Below are positions 8,529-17,683 of a stretch of 64,000 nt of DNA, piece after piece. The notes below the pieces were generated by a model. The model made no database searches. It saw only the letters and a list, made by a program, of their open reading frames with translations, and was not told the origin of the DNA. A program made the translations under genes and the position numbers. Location: NCBI GenBank assembly GCA_050018395.1, contig JBEKAC010000002.1, positions 84,429 to 148,428 of the forward strand, given 5' to 3'. The DNA comes from Dehalococcoidales bacterium (lineage in GTDB: Bacteria; Chloroflexota; Dehalococcoidia; Dehalococcoidales; RBG-16-60-22). Within the stretch, counting starts at the first letter, position 1, and the number at the start of each line of letters is the position of its first letter.

Positions 8529-9212
8529 CTAGCTCTGTAAAGCCCGTTCGCCCATCACTTCCTGGCGGGTGTACCACTTTTCTACCGCGTCCGCGATATC
8601 TGCGGGAGAATCGAAAACCCTTAGCAGCTCGAAGTCGGATGCAGAAATCATGCCGTCAGCCAGCACGGTGTCTTTCAGCCAGTCCAGGAAGCCGCGCCAG
8701 TATTCACTGGATAACATCAATACCGGGAAGGGCCTCATCTTTTGCGTTTCTATCAGGTTCAGCACCTCGGTCAGCTCGTCCATCGTGCCCAGACCGCCCG
8801 GCATGATGATAAAAGCCGTGGCGTATTTTACCAGCATGACCTTCCGCACGAAGAAGTGGTGAAACGTGATAGTACGGTCCGCGAAAACGTTGCAGGCCTG
8901 TTCCACCGGCAACTTGATGTTCAGGCCTACGGACCTGACGCCGGCGCGCCGCGCGCCCATGTTGGCGGCCTCCATTACCCCGGGGCCGCCGCCGGTCATG
9001 ATGTTAAACCCGTTCTTGCCCAGTAAATAAGCTGTTTCCTCGGTCTGGGCGTACCATTTGTTGTCCGGTTTGAGCCGTGCGGAGCCGTATATCGTTACCG
9101 CCGGCACGATATCCGCCAGGCTATCGAAGCCCTCCACCAGCTCCCCGATGATGCGGAACATCCGCCACGAGTCTTCCTTGGCCAGTTGATTGATTTCATA
9201 ATCGTTGTTCAT
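8529..9212 (-). CDS. LOG / TIGR00730 family protein (cytokinin riboside 5'-monophosphate phosphoribohydrolase-like)
   Basis: PGGLGTMDELTEV motif and GGGPGVMEAAN. GGAGG RBS lies before ATG 9212. The longer 9548 start overlaps the upstream gene. Confidence 0.9.
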   Translation of the reverse strand: MNNDYEINQLAKEDSWRMFRIIGELVEGFDSLADIVPAVTIYGSARLKPDNKWYAQTEETAYLLGKNGFNIMTGGGPGVMEAANMGARRAGVRSVGLNIKLPVEQACNVFADRTITFHHFFVRKVMLVKYATAFIIMPGGLGTMDELTEVLNLIETQKMRPFPVLMLSSEYWRGFLDWLKDTVLADGMISASDFELLRVFDSPADIADAVEKWYTRQEVMGERALQS

Positions 9213-9232
9213 AGGGCCTCCTGTAGGTCCTT

Positions 9233-10639
9233 TTACTCTAACCGGACAGAGCTGCCGTATTCCGGCACCGAGCATACAAAGCCGGTTTTTTCGTGCAGGA
9301 ACTGGCAAAACTGCTCGGCAGCCGCTATTTCCCCGTGGGTAACGAAGATATGCCTGGGTGTTACAGCCAGCGCGGAAAGCCATTTCATAAGGTCGTCCCG
9401 GTCCGCGTGGGCGGAAAAGCCGTGTATCTGGATGATCCGGGCGCGGACGGGGTACTGCTGGCCGTAGATTCTGACTGTCTTGGCTCCGTCCGTAATCAGC
9501 CGGCCCAACGTGCCTTCCGCCTGGTAGCCGACGAACATTATGGTGCATTCCGGCCGCGCGATGTTGTTAGCCAGGTGGTGCTTGATGCGCCCGCCGGTGG
9601 CCATGCCGGAGCCGGCGATGATCATGATGGTGCCCTTGATATCGTTAAGCTTTTTGGATTCCTCCACGGTCTCCACCATTTTCAGGCCGGGGAAATCGAA
9701 CGGCGACTGGTGACGGCGTATCATGTCCCGCATGTCCTCGTCCATCAGCGCGGAGTATTTCTTAAATACCTCGGTAATTTTAATGGCCATGGGGCTATCG
9801 AGATAAACGTCGAGCGGCGGAATGCGCTGTGCCCGCAGCAGTTCATTGAGGTAGTAGAGTATTTCCTGGGCGCGTTCCAGGGCGAAGGCCGGAACGATGA
9901 TGTTGCCGTGCGAGGCAAAAGCCGATTTCACGATATCCGCCAGGTCTTCATCGATTTCCCGGGTGCCTTCGTGGACGCGGTCGCCGTAGGTGGATTCCAT
10001 CACGATGTAGTCGGTGTATTTGAAGACGGTGGGGTCGTGCAGGATGGGGCGGTCCCACCGCCCGATGTCCCCGGAAAAAACGATGCTGCGCTTTTCCCCG
10101 CCCTGGCTTACCCGCAGCTTTATCATCGATGAGCCCAATACGTGGCCGGCATCGTAGAAAGTAGCCTCGATTCCCTCCCCGATGCTTACCGTCTGGTTAT
10201 ATTCTACCGGCGTGAAAAAACGCATCGTTGCTTCGACGTCGGCGATGGTATAAAGGGGAATTTCCGGGTGGGGGCCTTTTCTGCCTTCCTTCTGGTGGCG
10301 TTTTTTCTTGAAGGCGGCGTCCTCTTCCATCAGGTGGGCGGAATCCAGCAGCATGATTTTGGTGATATCGGCGGTGGCCGGTGTGCAGTAAACTTTGCCG
10401 TGGAACCCCTCGTGCACCAGCTTGGGGAGCAGACCGGAGTGGTCCAGGTGGGCGTGGGTCAGCAGGACTGCGTCCACGTCCTTCGGGTTGCAGTAAAAAG
10501 GTTTCCAGTTGCGTTCCAGAAAATCTCTTTCCTGGAAAAGCCCGCAATCGACAAGGAATTCGGTCTCACCGATATCCAGCAGGTAGCGCGAGCCGGTAAC
10601 ATTGCGAGCGGCGCCCATGAAAGTCAGGTTGATATCCAT
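9233..10639 (-). CDS. MBL-fold beta-CASP RNA-metabolising hydrolase (RNase J/CPSF-like)
   Basis: LLTHAHLDHSG (HxHxDH). A beta-CASP-like middle and C-terminal GFSAHAD. The start is taken at MDINLTFMGAA. The upstream extension runs through a REP element. Confidence 0.85.
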   Translation of the reverse strand: MDINLTFMGAARNVTGSRYLLDIGETEFLVDCGLFQERDFLERNWKPFYCNPKDVDAVLLTHAHLDHSGLLPKLVHEGFHGKVYCTPATADITKIMLLDSAHLMEEDAAFKKKRHQKEGRKGPHPEIPLYTIADVEATMRFFTPVEYNQTVSIGEGIEATFYDAGHVLGSSMIKLRVSQGGEKRSIVFSGDIGRWDRPILHDPTVFKYTDYIVMESTYGDRVHEGTREIDEDLADIVKSAFASHGNIIVPAFALERAQEILYYLNELLRAQRIPPLDVYLDSPMAIKITEVFKKYSALMDEDMRDMIRRHQSPFDFPGLKMVETVEESKKLNDIKGTIMIIAGSGMATGGRIKHHLANNIARPECTIMFVGYQAEGTLGRLITDGAKTVRIYGQQYPVRARIIQIHGFSAHADRDDLMKWLSALAVTPRHIFVTHGEIAAAEQFCQFLHEKTGFVCSVPEYGSSVRLE

Positions 10640-10699
10640 CGCTGTTTTCTCTTTTTCCTCCCATGATAACACCTGCGGGGGCTGGATACCAGTGAGAAT

Positions 10700-10820
10700 G
10701 CGACCTTTTCTCCCAACCTCCTCTCCGCTGGCAGAGAGGAGGCGCCAGCAAGTGCGCAGTTGGAGGATTTCTTTTGTCTCCCTCTCTGTAAACGGAGAGG
10801 GAGAATAAGAGGAAAAGGTC
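10700..10820. repeat. REP-like Y module plus inverted X module
   Basis: gcgaccttttctcccaaCCTCCTCTCcgctggcaGAGAGGAGG ... tttcttttgTCTCCCTCTCtgtaaacgGAGAGGGAGAataagaggaaaaggtc. Confidence 0.8.
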
Positions 10821-10822
10821 AT

Positions 10823-11638
10823 TTATTTCACGACGGCGGACGGGTTTTCCACGAAGGGATTCGTGCGCAGGGCGAAGGAAAACAGGAAGGGGTACTTTTC
10901 TTTAAGGTGCTGCATGTATTCCGTCCACTGCAGGGTAAGCTGGGAATAGGCCCGGATAACGTCCACCGTGATGTGGGCGGAATCAGCGGCCGGCATGCCC
11001 GTGAAAGAAGGCCGCGCCGCAAGCTCATCGCGCAGGTGGACCACCGCCCATAGAAGCTGGGTAAAGGTCTCGTTTTCCATAAGGTCGGCGTTTTCCAGCT
11101 GCCGGAGAAGCAGTTCCCCCTTTTCCTGGAGAAAGCGTTTCAGCATATCCAGGTCCAGTTTGCTGCGGTCGATTTTATGCTGGTAGCCATTCAGCCTTTT
11201 ACGGAGGTTGGCAAACTCCTTGTCCGTCCAATGGGCGTCAACCGTAAAGTCTTTGCGTACGTTGTTGATGTTGGGATCGCAATCCGTGAAGATGCGCAGC
11301 AGCTGGTTGCCAGCCTCGGTAAAAAATACGCCGATGAGCATGTTCAGGCGGTGGCGGTGTATCGCGTACTGCTGCCGCTGCGTCAGCCACTGCACCGCGG
11401 TGGTAAGCAGGGTCAGGAAGCTGCCGATGCCGAAAATGATAATAATGATGGCGAAGACTTTGGCCCCGGCGGTGGTCGGGAGGATATCGCCGTAGCCGAC
11501 GGTGGAGATGGTCGTAATAGTGAAGTAAAAAGCATCCAGAAAAGAAAGCTTCTGGATGAGCATGAACCCGATGGTCCCGGCGATGACCACCGCCACCGGC
11601 AGGAGCAGCAGATATCTTAGCCGCTTTAAACTGAACAT
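10823..11638 (-). CDS. Two-TM potassium channel family protein with a cytoplasmic C-terminal domain
   Basis: TVGYGD selectivity filter flanked by two hydrophobic helices. Confidence 0.85.
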   Translation of the reverse strand: MFSLKRLRYLLLLPVAVVIAGTIGFMLIQKLSFLDAFYFTITTISTVGYGDILPTTAGAKVFAIIIIIFGIGSFLTLLTTAVQWLTQRQQYAIHRHRLNMLIGVFFTEAGNQLLRIFTDCDPNINNVRKDFTVDAHWTDKEFANLRKRLNGYQHKIDRSKLDLDMLKRFLQEKGELLLRQLENADLMENETFTQLLWAVVHLRDELAARPSFTGMPAADSAHITVDVIRAYSQLTLQWTEYMQHLKEKYPFLFSFALRTNPFVENPSAVVK

Positions 11639-11657
11639 CGGTTAATCCGCCACAGGG

Positions 11658-12071
11658 TTATATTTTCTCCGGATGGCCGGTCATTTTAAGGTGCATCTTG
11701 CGCATGCATTTATCCATTACGACTTTGAGACCCGCCTTTTCCGCTTCGGCGGCGGCCGCCTCGTTCCTGACGCCTTCCTGCATCCAAACAGCTTTGGCGC
11801 CGATCCTGATGGCCTCTTTAACGATGGGCGGCACGTCTTCCGACCGCCGGAAAATGTCCACTACGTCCACCTTCACCGGTATCGAGGCGAGGTCCGGATA
11901 GCTTTTCAAGCCCAGGATTTCCGTTTCCGTGGGGTTGACCGGGATAACCTGGTAGACGTTTTCCTTGAGGTATTTACCGACGACGTTGCTGGGTCTTTCC
12001 GGATTGGAGGAAAGGCCGACGATAGCCACGACGCGACTGTTCTTTAAAATGTCCTCGGTAACATCCATCAT
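11658..12071 (-). CDS. CoA-binding domain protein (YccU/YneT-like)
   Basis: VAIVGLSSNPERPSN...VIPVNP...VDVVDIFR...GAKAVWMQ pattern. Confidence 0.8.
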   Translation of the reverse strand: MMDVTEDILKNSRVVAIVGLSSNPERPSNVVGKYLKENVYQVIPVNPTETEILGLKSYPDLASIPVKVDVVDIFRRSEDVPPIVKEAIRIGAKAVWMQEGVRNEAAAAEAEKAGLKVVMDKCMRKMHLKMTGHPEKI

Positions 12072-12229
12072 TCTTATAATGCTACCACGTTTTTGGTGCT
12101 GCCGCTAACTATAAAATCATACGATTGAAAAATTTATTGTTAAGAGATCACCAAAAACGCGGGAGCAATGCAAATCCCGGTAATTATGAGGGAAACGGCA
12201 AATAAACTTCTTCTCAAATTCACATATTA

Positions 12230-13042
12230 CTACTTTGACCCCTTCCTGGCGACAAAGATAAGTTCGTCCGGCGGTTTAACTCCGAAAGGTGTTTTATCAA
12301 AATCGGCATATACCGCTTCTACGCTAAAACCTGCCCTGGCAAGCAGGTGTTCCACTTCAAAGCGGAAAAAGAAACGCAAGGGCGCGGGATAGACCAGGCG
12401 TTCCCGGCGGCCGTCCGCGTAGAGGATATCATACGATAACTCTTCGTGGATGATTTGATTTTGGTAATCGAGGTCATGGAAACGCAAACCCCAGGTTACA
12501 CTCCGCCCGTCAGGCATCCGGAAAGGGGGACGGCCGGCAACGATAGGGGTATCTTTCCGGATCAGAAGCTCTTCCGGCTTACAAAAAAACACATCGAAGA
12601 CAAGGCGGCCGCCATCGTTGAGGTGCCGGTTGATACAGGAAAGGCAGCCAAGCTGGTCCTGGACGGTAAGCAAGTTATTAAACGGCCCGTAAGTAATCGT
12701 GGCCAGTGAAAAGCGGCGCTGAAGGTCGAAACTGCGCATATCAGCCTGAATCAATTTCGCTTTGGGTCTTACGTTTTCCGGTTCGTTTTCAAGTTTTACC
12801 CGGCACAATTTGAGCATCTCGGCTGACAAATCAAGCCCGGTGATATCAACTCCGGCTCTGGCGGTTGGTATCAGGACACGGCCGGTACCGCACCCGAGTT
12901 CCAGAACCGGACCGCCGGCTTCTAGAGCATAATCCAGGAAAAACTTGATGTCTCCGCGTTTAGCGTGATAGTCATAGAACTCGGAAGACAGTTTATCGTA
13001 CAGCTCGGCCATGATAGTCTCACCCGGGTTTTCTTTTTTCAT
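12230..13042 (-). CDS. Class I SAM-dependent methyltransferase
   Basis: VLELGCGTGR motif I and a Rossmann-type order of motifs. Confidence 0.8.
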   Translation of the reverse strand: MKKENPGETIMAELYDKLSSEFYDYHAKRGDIKFFLDYALEAGGPVLELGCGTGRVLIPTARAGVDITGLDLSAEMLKLCRVKLENEPENVRPKAKLIQADMRSFDLQRRFSLATITYGPFNNLLTVQDQLGCLSCINRHLNDGGRLVFDVFFCKPEELLIRKDTPIVAGRPPFRMPDGRSVTWGLRFHDLDYQNQIIHEELSYDILYADGRRERLVYPAPLRFFFRFEVEHLLARAGFSVEAVYADFDKTPFGVKPPDELIFVARKGSK

Positions 13043-13086
13043 GTTTAAATCTCCTTAATTTTAAAAATTGTTTTTTACCTGTTTCT

Positions 13087-14214
13087 TTAGTTGTCTTGTT
13101 TATTCCGCTTCAGGTACTGCCGATATTGCGATATTTTTTTCCACCTTAATTTTTCTTCCAGGGCGGCGTGTCCCTCCTGACGCGCCGTAAGGTACCGGAC
13201 TTCGCGCTGTAGTTTCTGGTAATTCCTGAAATGTGTTGCGTCCAGTTCACCCTGTAGTATGGCCGCCCGCACGGCGCAGCCCGGCTCGGCATTATGCTGG
13301 CAATCGGAAAAGCGGCAGCCTGCGGCCAGGCGGGAGATATCCTCAAAGGCGTCATCGAGGCTTTTTTCATCGCCCCAGACCTGTATCTCCCGCATACCCG
13401 GCGTGTCGATGACTGACCCTCCCCCCGGCAATAAGATAAGCTCACGGCGGGTAGTGGTATGCCGGCCTTCTTTATCGCTCTTCCTGACCTCCGCCGTAGC
13501 CAGCCTGTCTTCTCCCAGCAGGGCATTGATGAGAGCGGATTTGCCTACGCCGGACGACCCCAGTAATGCCGCCGTTTTGCTTTTACTCAAGTAGAGTTTT
13601 AAAGCGTCCAGGCCGGTTAGTGCGGTAGCGCTGACAGCGTGAATCGGAATATTGGGCGCTATGGTTTCCACTTGCCTGACGCGGCCTTCGATGTCCGTAC
13701 AGAGGTCCGCTTTATTTAGAACGATGACCGGCGCCGCCCCGCTGATACGGGCAATCGCCAGGTAACGTTCGATTCTTCTTAAATTCAGGCTCCGGCCGCC
13801 GTCCAGCCCGCTGACGAGGAAAACCGTATCCACATTGGCGGCCACCACCTGCTCGAGGGTCTTACCGCCGGATGTCCTATCCCGGCCGCCGGTAATCTGC
13901 CGTGAAAATTTGGTTTTCCGGGGCAGTATCACCTTGATAACAGCCTTTGGCTCGCCGGGCAGAGGACGGAGAACCAGCCAGTCTCCTACCGCCGGATATT
14001 CATCGCCCCCATCCGCCAGGTAACGCATCTTACCCGATAGCTGCGCGGCCAATTCGCCGGACGCGGTAACCACCTGGCACGAGTCCTTCTCTACGGCAAC
14101 GACCCTCCCCGGAACAGCACCCGGCATTTTTATTAACTGGAATTCACGAGAAAAATAGTCGTCCCAGCCCAGTTCTTCAAGAGTTACCTTATTTTCTGCG
14201 GTCAACCTTATCAC
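13087..14214 (-). CDS. rsgA: Ribosome small-subunit-dependent GTPase A
   Basis: Circularly permuted GTPase (NKADL ... GSSGVGKSALINAL) and a C-terminal zinc knuckle CRFSDCQHNAEPGCAV. Confidence 0.9.
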   Translation of the reverse strand: MIRLTAENKVTLEELGWDDYFSREFQLIKMPGAVPGRVVAVEKDSCQVVTASGELAAQLSGKMRYLADGGDEYPAVGDWLVLRPLPGEPKAVIKVILPRKTKFSRQITGGRDRTSGGKTLEQVVAANVDTVFLVSGLDGGRSLNLRRIERYLAIARISGAAPVIVLNKADLCTDIEGRVRQVETIAPNIPIHAVSATALTGLDALKLYLSKSKTAALLGSSGVGKSALINALLGEDRLATAEVRKSDKEGRHTTTRRELILLPGGGSVIDTPGMREIQVWGDEKSLDDAFEDISRLAAGCRFSDCQHNAEPGCAVRAAILQGELDATHFRNYQKLQREVRYLTARQEGHAALEEKLRWKKISQYRQYLKRNKQDN

Positions 14215-14999
14215 TCCTTCCGGCGTCCTAACACCCTGATAAGGGCCATATAGCGCCCAGCATCGGCTTCGATAACCTCGGTATCGGTTGTACGGCTTAC
14301 TTTTCCTGTCAGCAGGGCAGCCCGCTCGAACTGGAGCCAGTGCCGCCAGCCGTCCGGTAGTAAATCCGCCTCAACGTCCTTCATAAAACTCATTTTGTCC
14401 CAGTGGCGCTGCCACCATTCGGCGGTGTGAAAACACCACCAATCGTCCGACCAGGAGGATTTGCCGCTGCCCCGGTTTTTAGCTAGGTGCTCAGGCACAG
14501 GCCCGGCTATCGCTTGGGTCAGCCCCGGTACCACGATGCCGATTTGCCCGCCCGGCTTTAGAAACTTGTGGAAATACAACAGGTAAAGGTCGTCGGTGCC
14601 GTAGTACTGGTACGAATCCAGGGATACTATTGCATCGAAGAACCCCTCGGCGTAAGGCAGGGCGTGGGCCTCCGCGTGTATAGGGCATATCTGGTTTTCC
14701 AGTCCCGCCTCCATGATACGCAGCCAGTTCTCCGTGGCGCTTATCCATAAGTCGTTGGCCCACACCTTTACCCCATACTCTTTTGCCAAAAAGACGGAGC
14801 TCATTGCCTTCCCGCAGCCCATGTCCAGCACGCGCATACCGGGTTTGAGTTCTATTTTTTCGCACAGCCATTCCGTCAGCCAAAGCGCGTTCGGCCCCAT
14901 ATTGTTGCTAAGCACCCACTCGGGGTCGTATTTAGCCGAACGTGGAAACTTATCGTTTTTTAAAAGTTCCTGCATCCTTTTTTTCGTTAATTTGTTCAT
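14211..14999 (-). CDS. SAM-dependent methyltransferase
   Basis: VLDMGCGKAMSS motif I. GAGGAG RBS lies before ATG 14999 (MNKLTKK). The stop overlaps the rsgA start (ATGA). Confidence 0.8.
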   Translation of the reverse strand: MNKLTKKRMQELLKNDKFPRSAKYDPEWVLSNNMGPNALWLTEWLCEKIELKPGMRVLDMGCGKAMSSVFLAKEYGVKVWANDLWISATENWLRIMEAGLENQICPIHAEAHALPYAEGFFDAIVSLDSYQYYGTDDLYLLYFHKFLKPGGQIGIVVPGLTQAIAGPVPEHLAKNRGSGKSSWSDDWWCFHTAEWWQRHWDKMSFMKDVEADLLPDGWRHWLQFERAALLTGKVSRTTDTEVIEADAGRYMALIRVLGRRKE

Positions 15000-15046
15000 T
15001 CTGATACTCCTCACAATGTTATTCCTTTCAACATCCAAAGCGTTGG

Positions 15047-15083
15047 GAAAAAAAGCAAGAAACCGCGGCTGTCATGCCCGCGG
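15047..15083 (-). terminator. Possible second intrinsic terminator in the leader of the methyltransferase-rsgA operon
   Basis: Minus strand reads CCGCGG-gcatgacag-CCGCGG followed by GTTTCTTGCTTTTTTT. Confidence 0.4.
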
Positions 15084-15120
15084 CAGGAGGACTGCACTGC
15101 TTTAGGGGAGGTGGTATCGG

Positions 15121-15159
15121 GGAAAATAAAAAGCAAAGGCCGCTCCCGAAGGAACGGCC
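15121..15159 (-). terminator. Intrinsic terminator downstream of the 16-codon ORF
   Basis: Minus strand reads GGCCGTTCC-ttcg-GGAGCGGCC followed by TTTGCTTTTTATTTT. Confidence 0.6.
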
Positions 15160-15195
15160 AGTTTTATCTTGAGTTAAGACCGGTGGGCCGGATTC

Positions 15196-15246
15196 CTACC
15201 GGAACATGACGGCGCTATGGACGGCTACAATCACTTGATACAACAT
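15196..15246 (-). CDS. 16-codon small ORF (MLYQVIVAVHSAVMFR); possible micro-protein or leader peptide
   Basis: GGAGG RBS lies 5-6 nt before the ATG. A consensus-like promoter is upstream and a terminator is downstream. It is below the ORF-track size cutoff. Confidence 0.25.
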   Translation of the reverse strand: MLYQVIVAVHSAVMFR

Positions 15247-15278
15247 GAATGCCTCCTTTTCAGCGCAGAATTACGGTT

Positions 15279-15307
15279 ATGATATCATGCTGCTAATAGG
15301 CTGTCAA
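15279..15307 (-). promoter_or_regulatory. Sigma70-like promoter (TTGACA-17-TATCAT) driving the small ORF/leader
   Basis: Minus strand reads cTTGACAgcctattagcagcatgaTATCATaacc. The spacing was counted as 17 nt. Confidence 0.45.
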
Positions 15308-15323
15308 GATTGGAACAACAATA

Positions 15324-15692
15324 TCAATTCGCCATTATCATATTGATATAGCGTTTTTCTAACGTTTCCGAATCTTTCACAACTTTTTTTATATCTTTAA
15401 TAGTCTCGGTAAGTAATTTACCGCGACCGCTGTCTAGGTCGTCATAACTAAAGTCATATAATTTCTGGCAATCTATATAGGAATCCTGAATAAGAAAGCC
15501 ATAGTCATCTTTTTTTATCAAGACTTGAGATGCGAGTAAAAATGGGCGCTTTTTAACAAAATCGTTTATCCCCTTATTGATGAAAAACCCTTTATAAACT
15601 CCATCTATACATACAATAACCACCCATTTATCTTTGGGTGGTTTTGTGTGAATACATTGCTTAATCCAGAAAATACACCAAATATCTAACAT
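15324..15692 (-). CDS. Hypothetical protein; candidate toxin partner (PanT-like) of the upstream Panacea-domain protein
   Basis: Lies 5 nt downstream of the Panacea-domain gene in the same low-GC insert. I recognise no family. Confidence 0.4.
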   Translation of the reverse strand: MLDIWCIFWIKQCIHTKPPKDKWVVIVCIDGVYKGFFINKGINDFVKKRPFLLASQVLIKKDDYGFLIQDSYIDCQKLYDFSYDDLDSGRGKLLTETIKDIKKVVKDSETLEKRYINMIMAN

Positions 15693-15697
15693 TAAAC

Positions 15698-16213
15698 TTA
15701 ATCGATATTGGCAAGATGGTTGAGTAATGCCTGAGAATCATCCAATTGTTCAACAATATCTTCAATCGGAATAATAACGCTGTTTTTATTCCCCCGTTTA
15801 TCCCAATTCTTTTTCCAAGCCGCATCATGAGAGTCTAACCATCTTTTTTTATATGGTGGCTTCCCATATATATTTATTATCTCATCCAAACATGCTATAT
15901 CTGATTTACTGAAGAGATCAGGATTATATTCCCTTGAAACAATTATTTCGTTTCCTTCTATTCTCAATTCGTCAGTAGGTTCATTAGCAATTTCCTTTAG
16001 TAGGTCATAGACATTTGATGGAGTTACCCCTTCTTTCATCGCAAAATATTTTCCACCAAATAGGAAACGCCCATAATTTGAAAGACTAACCTTATCTACA
16101 AAATATAGTAATTTACAAATACCATAAATATCCGGGTCTCCTACTTTGGGAACCAAATATAGGATTGCCTCAATTGCTTTTTGTCTATCAAACTTATAAC
16201 TAATTGTGGCCAT
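15698..16213 (-). CDS. Panacea (DUF4065, SocA-like) domain antitoxin candidate
   Basis: KAIEAILYLVPKVGDPDIYGICKLLYFVDKVSLSNYGRFLFGGKYFAMKEGVTPSNVYDLL matches the DUF4065 N-terminal pattern. Confidence 0.75.
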   Translation of the reverse strand: MATISYKFDRQKAIEAILYLVPKVGDPDIYGICKLLYFVDKVSLSNYGRFLFGGKYFAMKEGVTPSNVYDLLKEIANEPTDELRIEGNEIIVSREYNPDLFSKSDIACLDEIINIYGKPPYKKRWLDSHDAAWKKNWDKRGNKNSVIIPIEDIVEQLDDSQALLNHLANID

Positions 16214-16501
16214 AAATATACTAAATGAATATTATTGAATAAAAAAACGACCTAACCACATTTGGTCGAGGTCGTATTTTTGTGACATTTAGTGCATAGG
16301 ATCTCTCCTATACTTTTTATTATAATACTCTTGTCAAGCGCTGAATGTCAAAAATACTACTTTCAATACATCTGGCCTAACCTTAATTGTTAAATTCAAA
16401 TTGTTACACTATTCGATAGCATTTCCTCTTTACGTCTTACGTGAAAAGAATTATAATATATTGGCTTATTTTATCGTAGGAAAACGCAGCAGGAGCGGAG
16501 A

Positions 16502-17440
16502 TTGGGCGTTTTATTTATCGTCTCAGCGGAAACAGCAGTCGGCAAGACTGCCATCGGCGCCGGCATCGCCGTCAATTTGCTGAACGCGGGCCAGAAGGTG
16601 GGCTACCTTAAACCGCAGGTCGTGGACAAGACCCTGCCCGACGGCGATATCGCTTTCATGAAAAAGGTGCTGGGCCTGGAAGACCTCGTGAATGCGCCGG
16701 ACCTTATCAAAGGACGGGATACCGTCATCGCCGAAGCACTGCTCGGCAAAAAACCCAGCGATGCCGCGAGCAAAGATGCCTACGGCGCCGCTAAAACAAT
16801 GAAAGCTAAGGTCATTGCCGTGGAAGCCTATTCCGGCGGGCCTTCTAAATATACTGACCTGTATCAGGGATTCAGGGAAAGTCTCCTCGGCGTCATCATC
16901 AATAAAGTACCGGCAAGCCAGCTTAAACGCGTGAAGGAAGAAGCCGGCAAGCAGTTCGGGGAGGCGGGGATAAAGCTGCTGGGAGTCGTCCCGGAGAACC
17001 GCGCCCTGCTTGCCCTGACCGTTGCCGAGCTGGCGGCCGGCATACAGGGGAAAATCCTGAACAACGCCGATAAAGGCGGGGAGCTGGTAGAGAACTACCT
17101 GCTGGGCGCCATGGTCCTCGATTCCGGCATCGATTATTTCTCGCGTAAAAACAATAAAGCGGCCGTTATCCGGCAAGACCGGCCGGACATGCAGCTGGCG
17201 GCGCTGGAAACCCCGACCAATTGCCTCGTACTCAGCGGCGGCGGCGAGCCGCCCCTTTACAACGTCCTCGGAAAAGCGCAGGCTAAAGGTGTGCCGGTCG
17301 TCACCACCGATACGGCGATACCGGACATCGTCGCGGGCATCGAGGGCGCTTTGAGCAACGCCAGGCTGCACCAGGAAAAGAAACTGGCAAAACTGGCCGA
17401 GATGGTGAAACAGAACCTGGACATGAAAATATTCAGCTAA
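16502..17440 (+). CDS. DRTGG-domain / phosphotransacetylase-N-terminal-like P-loop protein
   Basis: TTG start after a GGAG RBS. N-terminal SAETAVGKTAIGAGIA is a DTBS/CobQ-like P-loop. The C-terminal LVLSGG...VPVVTT block is DRTGG-like. Confidence 0.65.
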   Translation: MGVLFIVSAETAVGKTAIGAGIAVNLLNAGQKVGYLKPQVVDKTLPDGDIAFMKKVLGLEDLVNAPDLIKGRDTVIAEALLGKKPSDAASKDAYGAAKTMKAKVIAVEAYSGGPSKYTDLYQGFRESLLGVIINKVPASQLKRVKEEAGKQFGEAGIKLLGVVPENRALLALTVAELAAGIQGKILNNADKGGELVENYLLGAMVLDSGIDYFSRKNNKAAVIRQDRPDMQLAALETPTNCLVLSGGGEPPLYNVLGKAQAKGVPVVTTDTAIPDIVAGIEGALSNARLHQEKKLAKLAEMVKQNLDMKIFS

Positions 17441-17683
17441 AACGAAAGGGGCTTTATCAACATAACGGATTAGAAGCATCCGTAACCAACGGCAATCCCC
17501 GAATCCTTAAATAGGGGGAGGCGGGGAAGATTCCTGGGGTGGCTAGATTGCTCTGGGAATTTTTATTTGGTAAACCCTTGATTATAGTGGAAAAACAGTA
17601 TAAAATTTTTTAATTGTGTAGGGCATATGGCGACCCGGCCGGCACGAAGATACGGGAATAAATTTTTAAAGGGGGGCAGGTGA

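Noticed and set aside
9213-9548. N-terminal extension of the LOG-family ORF
   Set aside because: The extension overlaps the upstream hydrolase gene and is Arg/Pro-rich. A GGAGG RBS precedes the internal ATG at 9212.
9293-10132. 279-aa plus-strand ORF inside the beta-CASP hydrolase gene
   Set aside because: It is antisense to a gene with clear HxHxDH motifs and has no independent support.
10640-10822. N-terminal extension of the beta-CASP hydrolase ORF
   Set aside because: The extension is translated REP-like repeat DNA (modules X and Y). The conserved protein starts at MDINLTF.
16523-17479. 318-aa ORF antisense to the DRTGG-domain gene
   Set aside because: It mirrors the sense gene almost end to end. 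The composition is Arg/Gly/Ala-rich and low-complexity, typical of antisense frames.
17441-17683. Possible riboswitch or leader upstream of speH
   Set aside because: The intergenic region is long, but I could not identify a known riboswitch core or a convincing terminator/antiterminator pair by eye.
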